Origin: the human T2T-CHM13v2.0 reference genome, Homo sapiens
Reading direction: 5' to 3' (one strand)
NCBI RefSeq assembly: GCF_009914755.1
Contig: NC_060931.1
DNA length: 64,000 bases
The translations under genes and the position numbers were made by a program. Below, one piece after another: positions 38,309 to 54,861 of this stretch. Within the stretch, counting starts at the first letter, position 1, and every line of letters begins with the position of its first letter. The notes beneath the pieces were generated by a model. That model saw nothing but the letters and a program-made list of their open reading frames with translations, did no database searches and was not told the DNA's origin.

Positions 38309-41300
38309 TTTTGGCTCAGCTCCTGCCTCCCGGCAGCCTCTCCAGGTCCAGAACTTTCTCCAGTCGGCCTCTACGGGCCAAGCTTGTGGCTCACAATGGC
38401 CTATTTAGGCCCATACCCTACCTCATGGCAGTCTCCACAGATGAGGCTGCTGCCTCATGGCAGCCCCCACAGGCCCAGCTCCATCATTACAATGGCCTCT
38501 TTAGGCCCAACTCCTGCCTCCCAGCCTTCTCTCCAGGCCCAGAGAGAAGGTTCTCAAGTCAACCTCACCAGGCCCAGCTACTGCCTCTCATCAGCCTCCC
38601 AAGGGCCATCTTTTGCCTCACAGCCACCTTCCAAGACTCAGCTCCTGTTTTACAGTGGACTCTTGAGGCCCACCTTTTGCCTCCCAGTGGCCTGTACAGG
38701 CCCAGCTCCTGCCATACAACAGTCTCTTTAGTCCGAGCTCCTGCCTCTGGGCAGCCTATACAGGCCCAAAATGTCCATAAGTCAGCCTCTCAAGGCCAAG
38801 CTCCTGCCTTCTTCCGTTGGCCTCTCCAGACCCAGCTGCTGCCTCCAGGTGGCCTCTAAAGGCTGAGGTTTCTCCTGGCTGTGCCTGGAGGCCCAGCTCC
38901 TGCCTCACAACAACCTCTTTTGGTTCAGCTCCTGCCCAGCTCCTGGTGGCCTTTGTAGGCCCAAAACTGCCTCAAGTCAAGCTCTCCAGACCCACCTTCT
39001 GCCTCCCAATGGCCTGGACAGGCCCAGCTCCTGTGTGACAACAGCATCTCCAGGCCCAGCTCTTGCCTCCCAGCTGACTCTCCAGGCCCAGCTTTTGCCT
39101 CACGGAGGTCTTCCCTGAACAAGTTTCTACCTGCCTCCCGGCAGCCTCGACAGGCCCAGGTCCTGCCTCACACTAACCTCATTACGCCCAGCTCATGCCT
39201 CACGGCAGCCTCTCCAGGCCCAGCTCCTGCCTCCGACGGGCTGTCCAGGCCCAAAACTTCCTCAAGTCGCCTCTTCAGGCACAGCTCCTGCCTAACACTG
39301 GCCTCTTTAGGCACAGCTCATGCCTCTCAGTGGCCTCTCCAGGCCCAGCTCCCGCATCCCGGTGGCTTCTCCAGACTGAGAACTTTCTCAAGTCTGCCAT
39401 TTCAGCCCAAACTCCTGCCTCCCATTGGCCTCTACAGGCCCAACCTCTGCCTCACAGCAGACTTTCCAGGCCCAGTATCTGCCTCACCACAGCCTCCCAG
39501 GCAAAGCTCCTGCCTTTCGGCAGCCTCTACAGGCCTAGCTCCTGCCTCCCAGTGGCCTCTCTAGGCCAAGCTCCTGCCTCATGGTGGCCATTCCGGCCCA
39601 GCTTTTGCCTTTTTGCAACCTCTTTAGTCACAGAACTTCCACAAGTGAGCCTCTCCAGGCCCAGTTCTTCCTCCTAGCTGAATCTCCAGGCCCACCTCCT
39701 GCCTCACAACAATCTCTTTTGGCTCAGCTCCTGCCCAGCTCCTGGAGGCCTTTGTAGGCCCAAAACTTCCTCACGTCAAGCTCACCAGCACAATCTTCTG
39801 CCTCTTGGTAGCCTGGATAGGCCCAGCTCCTGCATGACAATGGCCTTTCCAGGCCCAGCTCTTGCTTCACGGAGGTCATCCCTGGCCAAGTTCCTGCCTA
39901 CCTCCCAGCAGCCTTGACAGGCCCAGCTCCTGCCTCACACTGGCATCATTAGGCCCAGTTCATGCCTCACGGTGGCCTCTCCAGGCCCAGTTCCTGCCCC
40001 TGACAGACTCTCTAGGCCAAAATCTTCCTCAAGTCGGCCTCTCCAGGCCGATCTCTTGTCACACTGGTCTCTTTAGGCCCAGCTCATGCCTCTTGGCAGC
40101 CTCTTCAGGCCCAGCTTTTGTGTCCTGGCAGCCTCTCCAGGCCCAGCTCCTGCCTTCTGTCAGCCTCTACGGGCCCAATATCTGCCTCACAGCAGATTCT
40201 CCAGGCCCAGCATCTGCCTCACCGTGGCCCCCCACAAGCCAAGCGCCTGCCTTTCAGCAGCCTCTACACACCCAGCTCCTGCCACCCAATGGCTCTTTAG
40301 GCCAAGCTCATACCTCACGATGATTTTTCCAGGCCCAACTTTTGTCTCATGGCAACCTTCCCTGGCCAAGTTTCCACCTATTTCCTGGCAGCCTGGACAG
40401 GCCCAGGTCCTGCCACACACTGGCCTCTCTACGCCCAGCTCATGCCTCACAGTGGCCTCTCCAGGCCCAGCTCCTGTCCCGGGACATCATCTCCAGGCCC
40501 AAAACTTCCTCAAGTCGGCCTCTCCAGGCCCAGTTGCTGCCTCCCGGCATTCTCTCCAGGCCTAGCTCTTCCTCCTGGCTGTATCTACAAGACCAACTCC
40601 TGCCTCACAACAACCTTTTATGGCTCAGCTCCTGCCCAACTACTGCCGGCCTTTGTAGGCCCAAAACTTCCTCAAGTCAAGCTCTTTAGGCCCACCTTCT
40701 GCCTTGCAGTGGCCTGTACAGACCCAGCTCTGGCTTGAGAACAGCCTCTGCAGGCCCTGCTCTTGCCTCTTAGCTCCCTCTCCAGGCCCATCTCTTGCCT
40801 CACAGTGGCTTCCGTGGGCCAAGTTCCCGCCTGCCTCCCAGCAGCCTCAACAGGCCTAGCTCCTCCCTCACAATGGCTTGTTTAGGTCCAGTTGATGCCT
40901 CTGGCAACCTGTCCAGGCCCAGCTCCTGCCTCACACTGGCCTCTCTAGGCCGAGGTCCTTTCTCATACTGGCCTGTTTAGGCCCAGCTCATTCCTCTTGT
41001 CATCTCTCCAGGCCCAGCTTTTGCCTGTTGTTGGCCTCTACCTCACAGTGCACCTTCCAGTCCCACCTCTTGCCTCACCATGGCCTCCTCTGACCAGGTT
41101 CCTGCCTTTCGGCAGCCTCTACAGGCCTAGCTGCTGCCTCCCAATGGCCTTTGTAGGCCACGCTCATGCCTCACTGTGGCCTTTCCAGGCCTAGCTTTCG
41201 CTTTTTGGCCACTCCAGGCCCAGAACTTCCCCCAGTCAGCCTCTCCAGGCCCAGCTCTTCCTCCCAGCAACCTCTGCAGGCCCAAATCATCCTCAAATTG

Positions 41301-42380
41301 GCCTCTTCTTTCCCAGCTCCTGCCTCCTGGTGGCCTCTGAAGACCCAAATCGTCCTCCAGTTGGTTTTTCCAGGCCCAGCTCCTGCCTTTTGGTGGCCTC
41401 TCCAGGTGCAAAACTTCCTCCCATCAGCCTGTCCAGGCCCAGCTCATGCCTCTTGGTGGCCTTCTCAGGCCCTGCTTTTGACTTGGTGGCCTCTTCAGGC
41501 CCAGAACTTGAACTCAAGTCAGCCTCTCCAGGCCCAGCTCCTGCCTTCTTAAGGTCTGTACAGGCCCAGCCTCTACCTCACAGCGGACTCTCCACACCCA
41601 GCTCTTGCCTCACTGTAGCCTCCCCAGTCCAAAACTCCTGCCTTTTGGCAGCTTCGACAAGCCCAGCTCCTGCCTTTCAATGACCTCTTTAGGCCCCGCT
41701 CATTCCTTACAACGGCCTTTCCAGGCCCAGTTTTTCCCTTTTGGCGGCCTCTCCAGGCCCAGAACTTCCTCAAGTCGGCCTCTTTAGGCCCAGTTGCTGC
41801 CTCCTGGCATCCTCTGCAGGCCGAGCTCTTCCTCCCTGCTGTGTCTACAGGCCCAACTCCTGCCTCACAACAACCTCCTTGGACTCAGCTTCTGCCCAGC
41901 TCCTGGTGGCCTTTGTAGGCTCAAAATTTTCTCAAATCAAGCTCTCCAGGCCTACTGTCAGCCTCGTGGCAGCCTAAACAGGCCCAGCTCCTGCCTGACA
42001 ATGGCCTCTCCAGGCTTTTCTCCTGCCTCGCAGCAGGCTTTCCAGGCCCAGCTCTTGCCTCATGGTGGCCTTCCCCGGCCATGTTCCTATCTGACTTCTG
42101 GCAGCCTCAACCGGCCCAGCTTCTGCCTCACACTGGCCTCTCTAGGCCCAGCTCCTTTTTCACAGTGGCCTCACTACGCCCATCTCCTACCTCAGATCTG
42201 CCTCCCAAGACCCAGCTCCTGTCTCATGGTGGTCTCTCTTACACCAGCTCCTGCCTCACAATGGCCTCGTCTGGCCCATCTTCTGCCTCACAGTGGCCAC
42301 TCAAGGCCCATCTTTTGCCTCATGGTAGCCTCTTCTGGTTTTGCTCTTGCCTCACAGTTGCCTCTTCCAGATCCAGCTTT
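38309..42380 (+). repeat. Degenerate C-rich ~32-bp tandem array, roughly 125 units, consensus about ggcctctccaggcccagctcctgcctcacagt
   Basis: Core starts at 38366, 38398, 38494 and at 40938, 40970 give 32-bp phasing. Strong C/T strand bias. Confidence 0.95.
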
Positions 42381-42508
42381 AAGCCTTTGATGGTCAACAG
42401 CATCAAGGAGCCTAAAGCTTCCCTGGACTCTCATTTGTTCACTTTACAGCAGAGTGCCTTAGCAAAAACTGTCTCTTAACCTTGAGAGTGGATTTCTGAC
42501 AAATCGAT

Positions 42509-42514
42509 AGTAAA
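42509..42514 (+). terminator. Putative variant poly(A) signal AGTAAA closing the repeat exon
   Basis: AGTAAA with CA ~18 nt downstream (42532) and a T/GT-rich element at 42540-42575. Confidence 0.4.
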
Positions 42515-43095
42515 TTCTGCCTGTGTGGTTTCACAGTGATTTCTGTTTTATTTAGTGTCTCATGGTTTTTCTTGTCTACTGGGGGTGAGGAGGGGAATGG
42601 GCTTTTGCTTGGGCCCTTTGTCTTTGCCCTGGACATGGTAGCTTCTCACTTCATGTCTTCTTTTTATATTTTTTATAGTTTTCTTTTTCTTTTATAGTTT
42701 TCTTAGACAGGGTCTTGCTCTGTCACCCAGGCTGGAGTGTAGTCATGTGATTATGGCTTACTGCAGACTTGGCCTCTTGGCCTCAAGTGATCCTCCCAAC
42801 TCAGCATCTTGAGTAGCTGAGACTACAGGCATATGCCACCATGCCTGGCTAATTTCTGATTTTTTCTGAGAGGTTGGTTCTCACTAGGTTGCCCAGGCTG
42901 GTCCCAAACTTTTAGACACAAGCAATCTTTTTGCCTGGGCCTCCCAAAGTGCTGAGATTACAAACATGAGCCACCATGCCTGGCTTGCCATTTGCTTGTC
43001 ATGAACTATTAAGAATTTACTTTTTGATTAATACACTATGACTATATACATTTCTATGTAGAGAGAGATTTTAAATTTTTCTTGGATACCAATTT

Positions 43096-43127
<32 letters not shown>

Positions 43128-44242
43128 TTTGAGGCAAGGTACTGCTTTGTCACTTAGGATGGACTGCAGTGGTGTGATCTCAGCTCACCACAACCTCTGC
43201 TTTCTTGGCTTAAGTGATCCTCTCACATCAGCCTCCTGAGTAGCTGGGACCCCAGGTATAAGCTGCCATGCCCAGGTAATTTTTATATTTGTTGTAGAGA
43301 GGGGGTCTCACCATGTTTCCCAGGCTGGTTTCAAACTCCTGGGCTCAAGTGATCCTTCCAACTCAGCCTCCCAGAGTGCTGGGATTACAGGTGAGAGCCA
43401 CACCTGGCCTGCCATTTTCTTTTCAAGGATGATTAAGAATTCACTTTATGCCAGGCACAGTGGCTCATGCTTGTAATCCCAGCAATTTGGGAGGACGACG
43501 TGGGTCTATTATGAGGTCAGGAGTTCAAGACCAGCCTGGCCAAGATGGTGAAACCCTGTCTCTACTAAAAATAGAAAAATTAGGTGCCTGTAATCCCAGC
43601 TACTCAGGAGGCTGAGGCAGGAGAATCGCTTCAATCTGGGGGGGCAGAGATGGAATTGAGCTGAGATCGAGCCACTGCACTCCACCCTGGGTGACAGAGT
43701 GAGACTCCATCTCAAAAAAAAAAAAGAATTTACTTTTTTATTAGTATACTGTAAATATTTATATATGTATGTGTGTGTATATATATTCATATATGTATAT
43801 ATGTGTATATTTTCATAGCATACACATACACACACACATCTATATATTGTGAAAGAGATATTTGAATGCCTAGAAGTTGATAAGCTTCTTCCAGGTTTTG
43901 AAACCACCCTTAGCACAAACATGAAAGAAGTACAAAGTATCATTATTAATGACCATGGACCAAGATGACCATGAGTCAATAGTACTTTGCACCTCAACCA
44001 CCTTCCAGCAGAGCATCTCAAAGGGCTGGATGTATCTGAACATCACACCCTTTCACAGGGACTAGGATGCTTTGTAATTGTTACTTCTCTTAAGACCTCA
44101 GTGTGACCCTTGTCAACATGAAATCAAACTATTTCTCAAATGATAGAGATATTGAATAACAGCTTTGGTCAGGAAATAGGTATTGCATTTGGTTTGTCAT
44201 GACAAGTTCCTGACCTAGTCAGATGGAATATTGCAGAAATTG

Positions 44243-44278
44243 TGTGTTTGTGTGTGTGTGTGTGTGTGCGCGTGTGTG
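44243..44278. repeat. (TG)n microsatellite
   Basis: Directly visible. Confidence 0.9.
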
Positions 44279-45147
44279 AACATTCTTGTGCACAGATGTG
44301 GGGGTGGAAGTGGGGTTTGAATTTGATAAGACCAGCAGTGGGCAGGCTGCTGGGAGGGGGCACTTATTTTGGCAGCGGCAGTGTAACTCTAGAATTAACA
44401 AATGCTTGTAAGCCTCAGTTTTCTCTCTTGGAAAATAAAGATTATAATTCTTGCCTTGATATGTGGATTAGGTGATCCGCTATATGCAAAATATCTAGCA
44501 TATAATAGGTGCTGAATTAATACTACTTTCTGTAGCTCTTTCTTAATCACTGCTTAATTTTTAAAAGTTTAGAATGACTACTGCTTTTGTAAAAATTATT
44601 TGTAATTATTATATAAAATCTAAGTCCTATAGAAAAGTACAAAGCACGCCGGGTGCTATAGCTCACACCTGTAATCCCAGCACTTTGGGAAGGCAGGGTA
44701 GAAGGATTGCTCAAGGCCAGGAGTATGAGACCAGCATGAACAACATAGCAAGATCCCATCTCTATAAAAAGTTAAAAACCAGTTATGATAATGTGCACCT
44801 GTAGTCCCAGCGACTCGGGAGGCTGAGATAGGTGGATCACTAGAACCCAGGAGTTTGAGACTGCAGCCTGGGCAACAGAGTGAGACCCTGTCAGAAAGAG
44901 GGAGGGGGAGAGAGAGAGAGAGAGGAGAGAGGAAAGAAAAGTACAAAGAAGCAAGTAGCAAATCATGAAATTTTCAACCACCAAGAAATAACTCTTAACA
45001 TTAGGTGATATGGCCAGGCATGATAGCTCATGCCTGTAATCCCAGCACTTTGGGAGGCTGAGGCAGGCAGATCACTTGAATTCAGGAGTTCGAGGCCAGC
45101 CTGGCCAACATAGTGAAACCTCATCTCTACTACAAATACAAAAATTA

Positions 45148-45306
<159 letters not shown>

Positions 45307-45874
45307 TTAATTCATACCTCTTTTTGTGCAAATAGGTAGCTAGATAAGTAGATAGATTAATGGACTGAAAATAACTTTGATGAGTGCGGTGGCTCACACC
45401 TGTAATCCCCAGCACTTTGGGAGGCTGAGGCAGGTGGATCACAAGGTCCAGAGATCGAGACAATTTTGGCCAACATGGTGAAACCCTGTCTCTACTAAAA
45501 ATACAAAAATACAACTCCAGCCTGGTGACAGAGTGAGACTCCTTCTCAAAAAAAAAAGTAACTTTACGTATTTTTTATTGTGTTTTAGTTTAAATATATA
45601 TATAACTTTTATTTTGCTTGCTACAACAGAAGCTGAAGAAACTAAAGTAAGGTGGGAGAATTTCTGAACTTCAGATAAATGCCTATGGGAAAGTGATATC
45701 TTTTTATCAATGTTCATTAAAATTATTTTAAAAATAATAAAAGTATTATGATTCTTTTTAATCTGCAGTTTCTGTTTTCACCCACAGCTGCTGTATTTTT
45801 GGAATTGGTGCATGTTTGATAGTTTCTGTTTAATGTGTTTATCCTTGGATGACTTTTTTTTTTTTTTTTTTTGA

Positions 45875-45976
<102 letters not shown>

Positions 45977-45979
45977 TAA

Positions 45980-46198
<219 letters not shown>

Positions 46199-46439
46199 TA
46201 AGTTCTGACTCTATTCTCATCTGACTCTGGCTGGGGCTAAGGGAAGGTCTGAGGCTGGCTGGAGGTTTTTCTCACATGTACTTATGTTTTCCTGCCCAAA
46301 GGCCAGTGGAGTACTTTCTTTATCATTGAAGTTTGATAGCTTAGCCAGGGTTGGCTCGAGGCCAATCACTCCGTATTAGTTTTTCCAGGTATACGGTGTG
46401 CCCTTTGGCTACTATGTACTTCTCTATCTCTGCATGCAA

Positions 46440-46612
46440 TCTTTCTTTCTCTTTCTTTCTTTCTCTTTCTTTCTTTCTTTTCTTTCTTTCTCTCTTTCTC
46501 CTTTCCCTCCCTCCCCTTCCTCCCTTCCTTCTTCCTTCCTTCCTTCCTTTCCTCCCTCACTCCCCCCACCCTCCCTTCCTCCTTCCTCCATTCCTATGTT
46601 TCTTCTTTCTTT
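46440..46612. repeat. CT-rich polypyrimidine low-complexity tract
   Basis: (tttc)n/(ttcc)n expansion of an Alu tail. Confidence 0.9.
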
Positions 46613-47055
46613 CAAGACAGGGCCTTGCTCTTTCACCCAGACTCTAGAATACAGTGGTGTCATCATACCTCACTGCAGCCTCAAACTCCTGGATTCAAAG
46701 GATCTTCCTGCCTCAGCCTTCCAAATAGCTGGGATTACAGGCATGCACCACCAAACCTGGCTAATTTTTGTTAATTTCTAGAGATGGGGTCTTACTATGT
46801 TGCCCAGGCTTGTCTCAAACTCCTGGCCTCAAGCTATCCTCACACCTCAGCTTCCTAAAGCACTGGGATTATAGGCTTGAGCCACCATGACCAGCCCTGT
46901 TTTATTTTTTTAGGTTGTCTAACTCAGGGTCACCAATTGACAACCCAGTGTTAGACTACTGTCTCTAATTTCCATAATTATTTTTTCAGTTGTTTTATTG
47001 TAGTTCTTTTATCCTCTGATTCAGTTTGATTATATCAAGCATTTCTATGTGTTGA

Positions 47056-47184
<129 letters not shown>

Positions 47185-47445
47185 TGAAGTAACTGGGATT
47201 ACAGGTGCATACCACCATGCCTGGCACATTTTTGTATTTTTAGTAGAGACAGGGTTTCACCATGTTAGCCAGGCTGGTCTCAAACTCCTGACTTCAGGTG
47301 ATTCGCCCCCCTCAGCCTACCAAGGTGCTGGGAATACAGATTATAGGCATGAGCCACTGCGCCCGGCCGCCACATTTCCTTTATTCTTTTTTCCATTGAT
47401 GGAAAGAAACATAGGTTGATTCCATCTCTTCACTGTTAAGAATAG

Positions 47446-47769
<324 letters not shown>

Positions 47770-47988
47770 GTCTACAAATTTTTTTACACTTGTCATCAAG
47801 AGATAGAATCTGGTTTCAGGCTGGGTGTGGCGGCTTACGCCTGTAATCCCAGCACTTTGGGAGGCCGAGGTGGGTGGATCACGAAGTCAGGAGATTGAGA
47901 CCATCCTCGCCAACATGGTGAAACCCCATCTCTACTAAACATACAAAAATTAGCTGGCCGTGGTGGCTTGTGCCTGTAGTCCCAGCTA

Positions 47989-48096
<108 letters not shown>

Positions 48097-48111
48097 TCAA
48101 AAAAAATAAAA

Positions 48112-48566
48112 AATCTAGTTAATCTTCCCTTGAATATGAACTTAGTCCCCTGCTTCTATAAGTAGAATACAATGGAAGTGTTGCTCGTGATCTGCCAAAG
48201 TTAGGTCATAAAAGATGTTTCCACTTGGCTGTCCTTCCTGGGATGGGTGCACTTAGAACCCATTCACCATTTTGTGAGAAAGCCCAGGCCACATATGGAG
48301 GTGATGTGTGGGTGTTCCACCAGATAGCCCCAGCTGAGGCCCTAGCTAACAGCCCACATTAACCAGGAGATATTTGAGCAAGGAAACCATTGAGACTATT
48401 CTAACTGCATACTGTTTGAAGGCAACCACATAAGACATCCTAAGCCAGAACTGCCTAGGTGAGTCTAGTCAGCCTTCAGTATTGTGAGAAGACTAATAAG
48501 CATCATTGTAACTTTATACCATTACGCTTGGAGTGGTTTGTTACACAGCAATAGATAGCTGATACA
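48112..48566 (+). mobile_element. MLT1 (G/H-like) MaLR LTR
   Basis: taggtcataaaag; agccccagctgagg; 3' end gtggtttgttacacagcaatagatagctgataca. Confidence 0.65.
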
Positions 48567-48662
48567 CAAAGTGGTCTTCCAATACGAATATTATGTCAGT
48601 TCTCCACTTGACAGCATTTAATGATTTAGAATTGAGTGTAAAAGTCAAAACCCAATTCTGAA

Positions 48663-50560
<1,898 letters not shown>

Positions 50561-50927
50561 TCAGACCTCAGCTCGCACATCATCTCTCGAGAAATCCTCC
50601 CTCATCCTGTGAAGAGAAAATCATCGTCCTTTTCATTGCCTCGTCCTGCCTGGTTCTCTCAAAGCAGATACCACGCTAAAAAATCAGCTTGTTATTTATT
50701 GAACTGCTTGTCTGCATATCCTCCTCCCAAACTCACGGCAAATCAGAACAGAGGCTCCTTGTGGCAGGAGTCCCATCTTGTTCATTCTCAGAACCTAATA
50801 TAGTACTTGGCACATAGTAGGCACACAACAAATGTCATTAGAATGAGTAAGTATCAAGGGGTCAGGCGCGGTGGCTCATGCCTGTAATCCCAGCACTTTG
50901 GGAGGCCAAGGCAGGTGAATCACCTCA

Positions 50928-51215
<288 letters not shown>

Positions 51216-51234
51216 TTAACATTGACATTTTCTA

Positions 51235-51507
<273 letters not shown>

Positions 51508-51541
51508 TCAAGCAATTCTCCTGCCTCAGCCTCCCAAATAG

Positions 51542-51646
<105 letters not shown>

Positions 51647-51915
51647 TGATACACCTGTCTTGGCCTCCCAAAGTGCTGGGATTACAGGCGTAAGCCACCT
51701 CGCCCGGCCAAAAATAACTTTTAAAAAATAAACCAGGTGTACCAGGTGCAGTGGCTCATGTCTGTATTCCCAGCACTTTGGGAGGCTGAGGGGGGCAGAT
51801 CACCTGAGGTCAGGAGTTTGAGACCAGCCTGGCCAGCATGGTGAAACCTCATCTCCACTAAAAATACAAAAATTAGCTGGGCATGGTGGCAGGCACCTGT
51901 AATCCCAGCTACTCA

Positions 51916-52032
<117 letters not shown>

Positions 52033-52169
52033 TTAACCAGATGTGGTGGCACATGCCTATAGTCCCAGCTCCTCCAGAGGCTGAGGTGGGAGGATCACTT
52101 GAGTCCAGGAGATAGAGGCTGCAGCGAGCCATGATTGCCCAACTGCACTCAGCCTGAGCAACAGAGCTA

Positions 52170-52322
<153 letters not shown>

Positions 52323-52328
52323 CTACTA

Positions 52329-52538
<210 letters not shown>

Positions 52539-52969
52539 TCAAGAGACTGGACATGGAGGGGCAAGAGTTGGAGCAGGACATCTGGTGAGGAGCTGTCATT
52601 TCAACATCTTTTGATCACTCCAGGCCACGTTTTGAGTGGGGCCTCGGCTAGAATGTGGCCCAGCCTCAGATGCCTTAATTCTGACACTCAGTGCCAGTAG
52701 AGGCCCTGTGAGGTCACACTGTGGAGGCTTGTTGGGAAAGTGTTGGCTCTAAAATCAACATCCTGGTTCATTCCTTTGATGCTGGAGACAATGACCTGTG
52801 TCTCCTCATATGTCTGCTCAAGACTGTTACAAACAGGGTGGAGTGTCTCTTAGTCTAGGAGCTTGGGCTGCTCTGGAGTTTGCACAAATACAAATAATCA
52901 TCACAGGTCTCAGGCCATGTGTCTTGGTTATGACACAAAACAGCCCTTCAGCAGTGGATGTCTACATAG

Positions 52970-53113
<144 letters not shown>

Positions 53114-54861
53114 TGAGTCTGGCCCTTTTTTGTTGTTGTTGTTTTTAGACAGGGTCTTGCTCTGTCACGCAGGCTGGAGTGCAGTGACATGATTACAGCT
53201 TGCTGCAGCTTCAAATTCCTGGGCTCAAGTGATCCTCCTGCCTCAGCCTCCTGAGAACCTGGGACCACAAGCATACAGCCACACCCAGCTAAGTAAAAAA
53301 AAAAAAAAAAAAATTCTGGAGACAAGGTCTCACTATATTGACCAGGCTGGTCTTGAACTCCTGATCTAAAGCCATCCTCCTGCCTCCACCTCCCACCTTG
53401 AACACCTCTTTTCTCCAGTTTGAAAATGAAATCCACACTTTGAGAAGGAGGAACAAATGGGGAAGACAGGAAGCCAAGAAGCCAACCAGGCTTGCTTGGA
53501 TAAACACTAAATCCCTTACATTGGTTTTACTTCAATGATACAGCTAATTAAGGGTTGTTGATTTTTTTAAGTTCCTATTTGGCAAGTGAACAGTTTCTTC
53601 CTCAGTAAATTTGAACATCAAGTATCTGTTCTGTGATTGAATGAAGCAAATATTTTACACATGGGGAACCATTGTTAAATGATTGTATTATAGAAAGGGA
53701 TGAACGGGACAGGGGCAAGGCAGGGTCGGATGTCAGTGCCTGTGTCCCTGTGCTCCCCACCCACCTCCTCTGTCCCTGCTCCCCATGGTGTTTGTCAAGG
53801 GGCATAGTGCGCTGAAGGAGGGGTTACCAGGTGGCACATCCAGAAGACATCATTCTCGGCTACATGGAATCCACTTACTTTGATCTAATTTCTTTACTCA
53901 TAAAATTCATTTAACATTCACATCAGCAGCTTCTGAATATCTAAGCCAATTGTTAAACATAGTGATGTTACTGGATTCTTAAAACAAGCTGGAGGCCGGC
54001 CGGGCACAGTGGCTCACACCTGCAATCCTAACACTTTGGGAGGCTGAGGGTGGATCACCTGAGGTCAGCAGTCAGAGACCAGCCTGGCCAACATGGTGAA
54101 ACCCCGTCTTTACTAAAAAAAATACAAAAAAATTAGCCGGGCATGGTGGCAGGCCTGTAATCCCAGATACTCTGGAGGCTGAGGCAGGAAAATCACCGGA
54201 ACCCTGGGGTCAGAGGTTGCAGTTATCCGAGATCGCACCACTGTACTCCAGCCTAGGTGATAGAGTGAGACTCCGTCTCAGAAAAAAGCAAAACAAGTTA
54301 GAGAAGGGTTTTTTTTTTTAGCTTCATTTTGAAATTGTGAAGACAGGCAGTGAGAGTGAGTGAGTTGTCCAAATTCAGGCTGCAAGCTGGAGAGCATGCG
54401 ATTCCTGGCCTTTTGCAGCCAGGTTGTGTGGGCCAGCTGTGTGGTGGTGTGCACTCCCCTCTCCGTCTGCTGGCACTACCATATACCACGTCTGGCCTTG
54501 TCACCTGGAGACCTGGGAGTCTTCTTTTGTTTTCCCTGACTTTTGTCACCAGATCTGCTTACTTACAAGTCCTGTTGGTTTTGCCCCTCCCAGCCTTTCC
54601 CGTCTTCCTCCTTTTTATCTTGGTCATTATTTCAACCCAGCTAGAATCATATCTGGCCCAGATTACTGCATTAGTTCCTAGTTGGAGTCCTTTAAACTAT
54701 CTTTTTTAAACAAAGATGGCTGAACAGGTGGCTCCTGCCTGTAATCCAAGCACTTTGGGAAGCTGAGGCAGGAGGATCACTTGAGGCCAAGAGTTCAAGA
54801 CAAGCCTGGGCATCAGAGTGAGACCCCCATCTCTACAAAAAAAAAATTAAAATTAGCTGGG

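Noticed and set aside
38309-42380. CRISPR-like appearance (palindromic repeats at regular spacing)
   Set aside because: Human context, no unique spacers (the linkers are themselves homologous), no cas genes. It is also not an SVA VNTR, since no hexamer or SINE-R is present.
38170-42479. Many overlapping ORFs of 60-229 aa (RPSSCL / QAQLLP / PGPAPAS repeats)
   Set aside because: They arise from a C-rich 32-bp unit (not a multiple of 3) that is poor in stop codons in all frames. The predicted spliced 38170 ORF stops after ~48 codons.
43860-44240. Non-repeat-looking segment, possible exon or retrocopy
   Set aside because: No recognisable homology, stops in the examined frame, and no clear splice-site pair.
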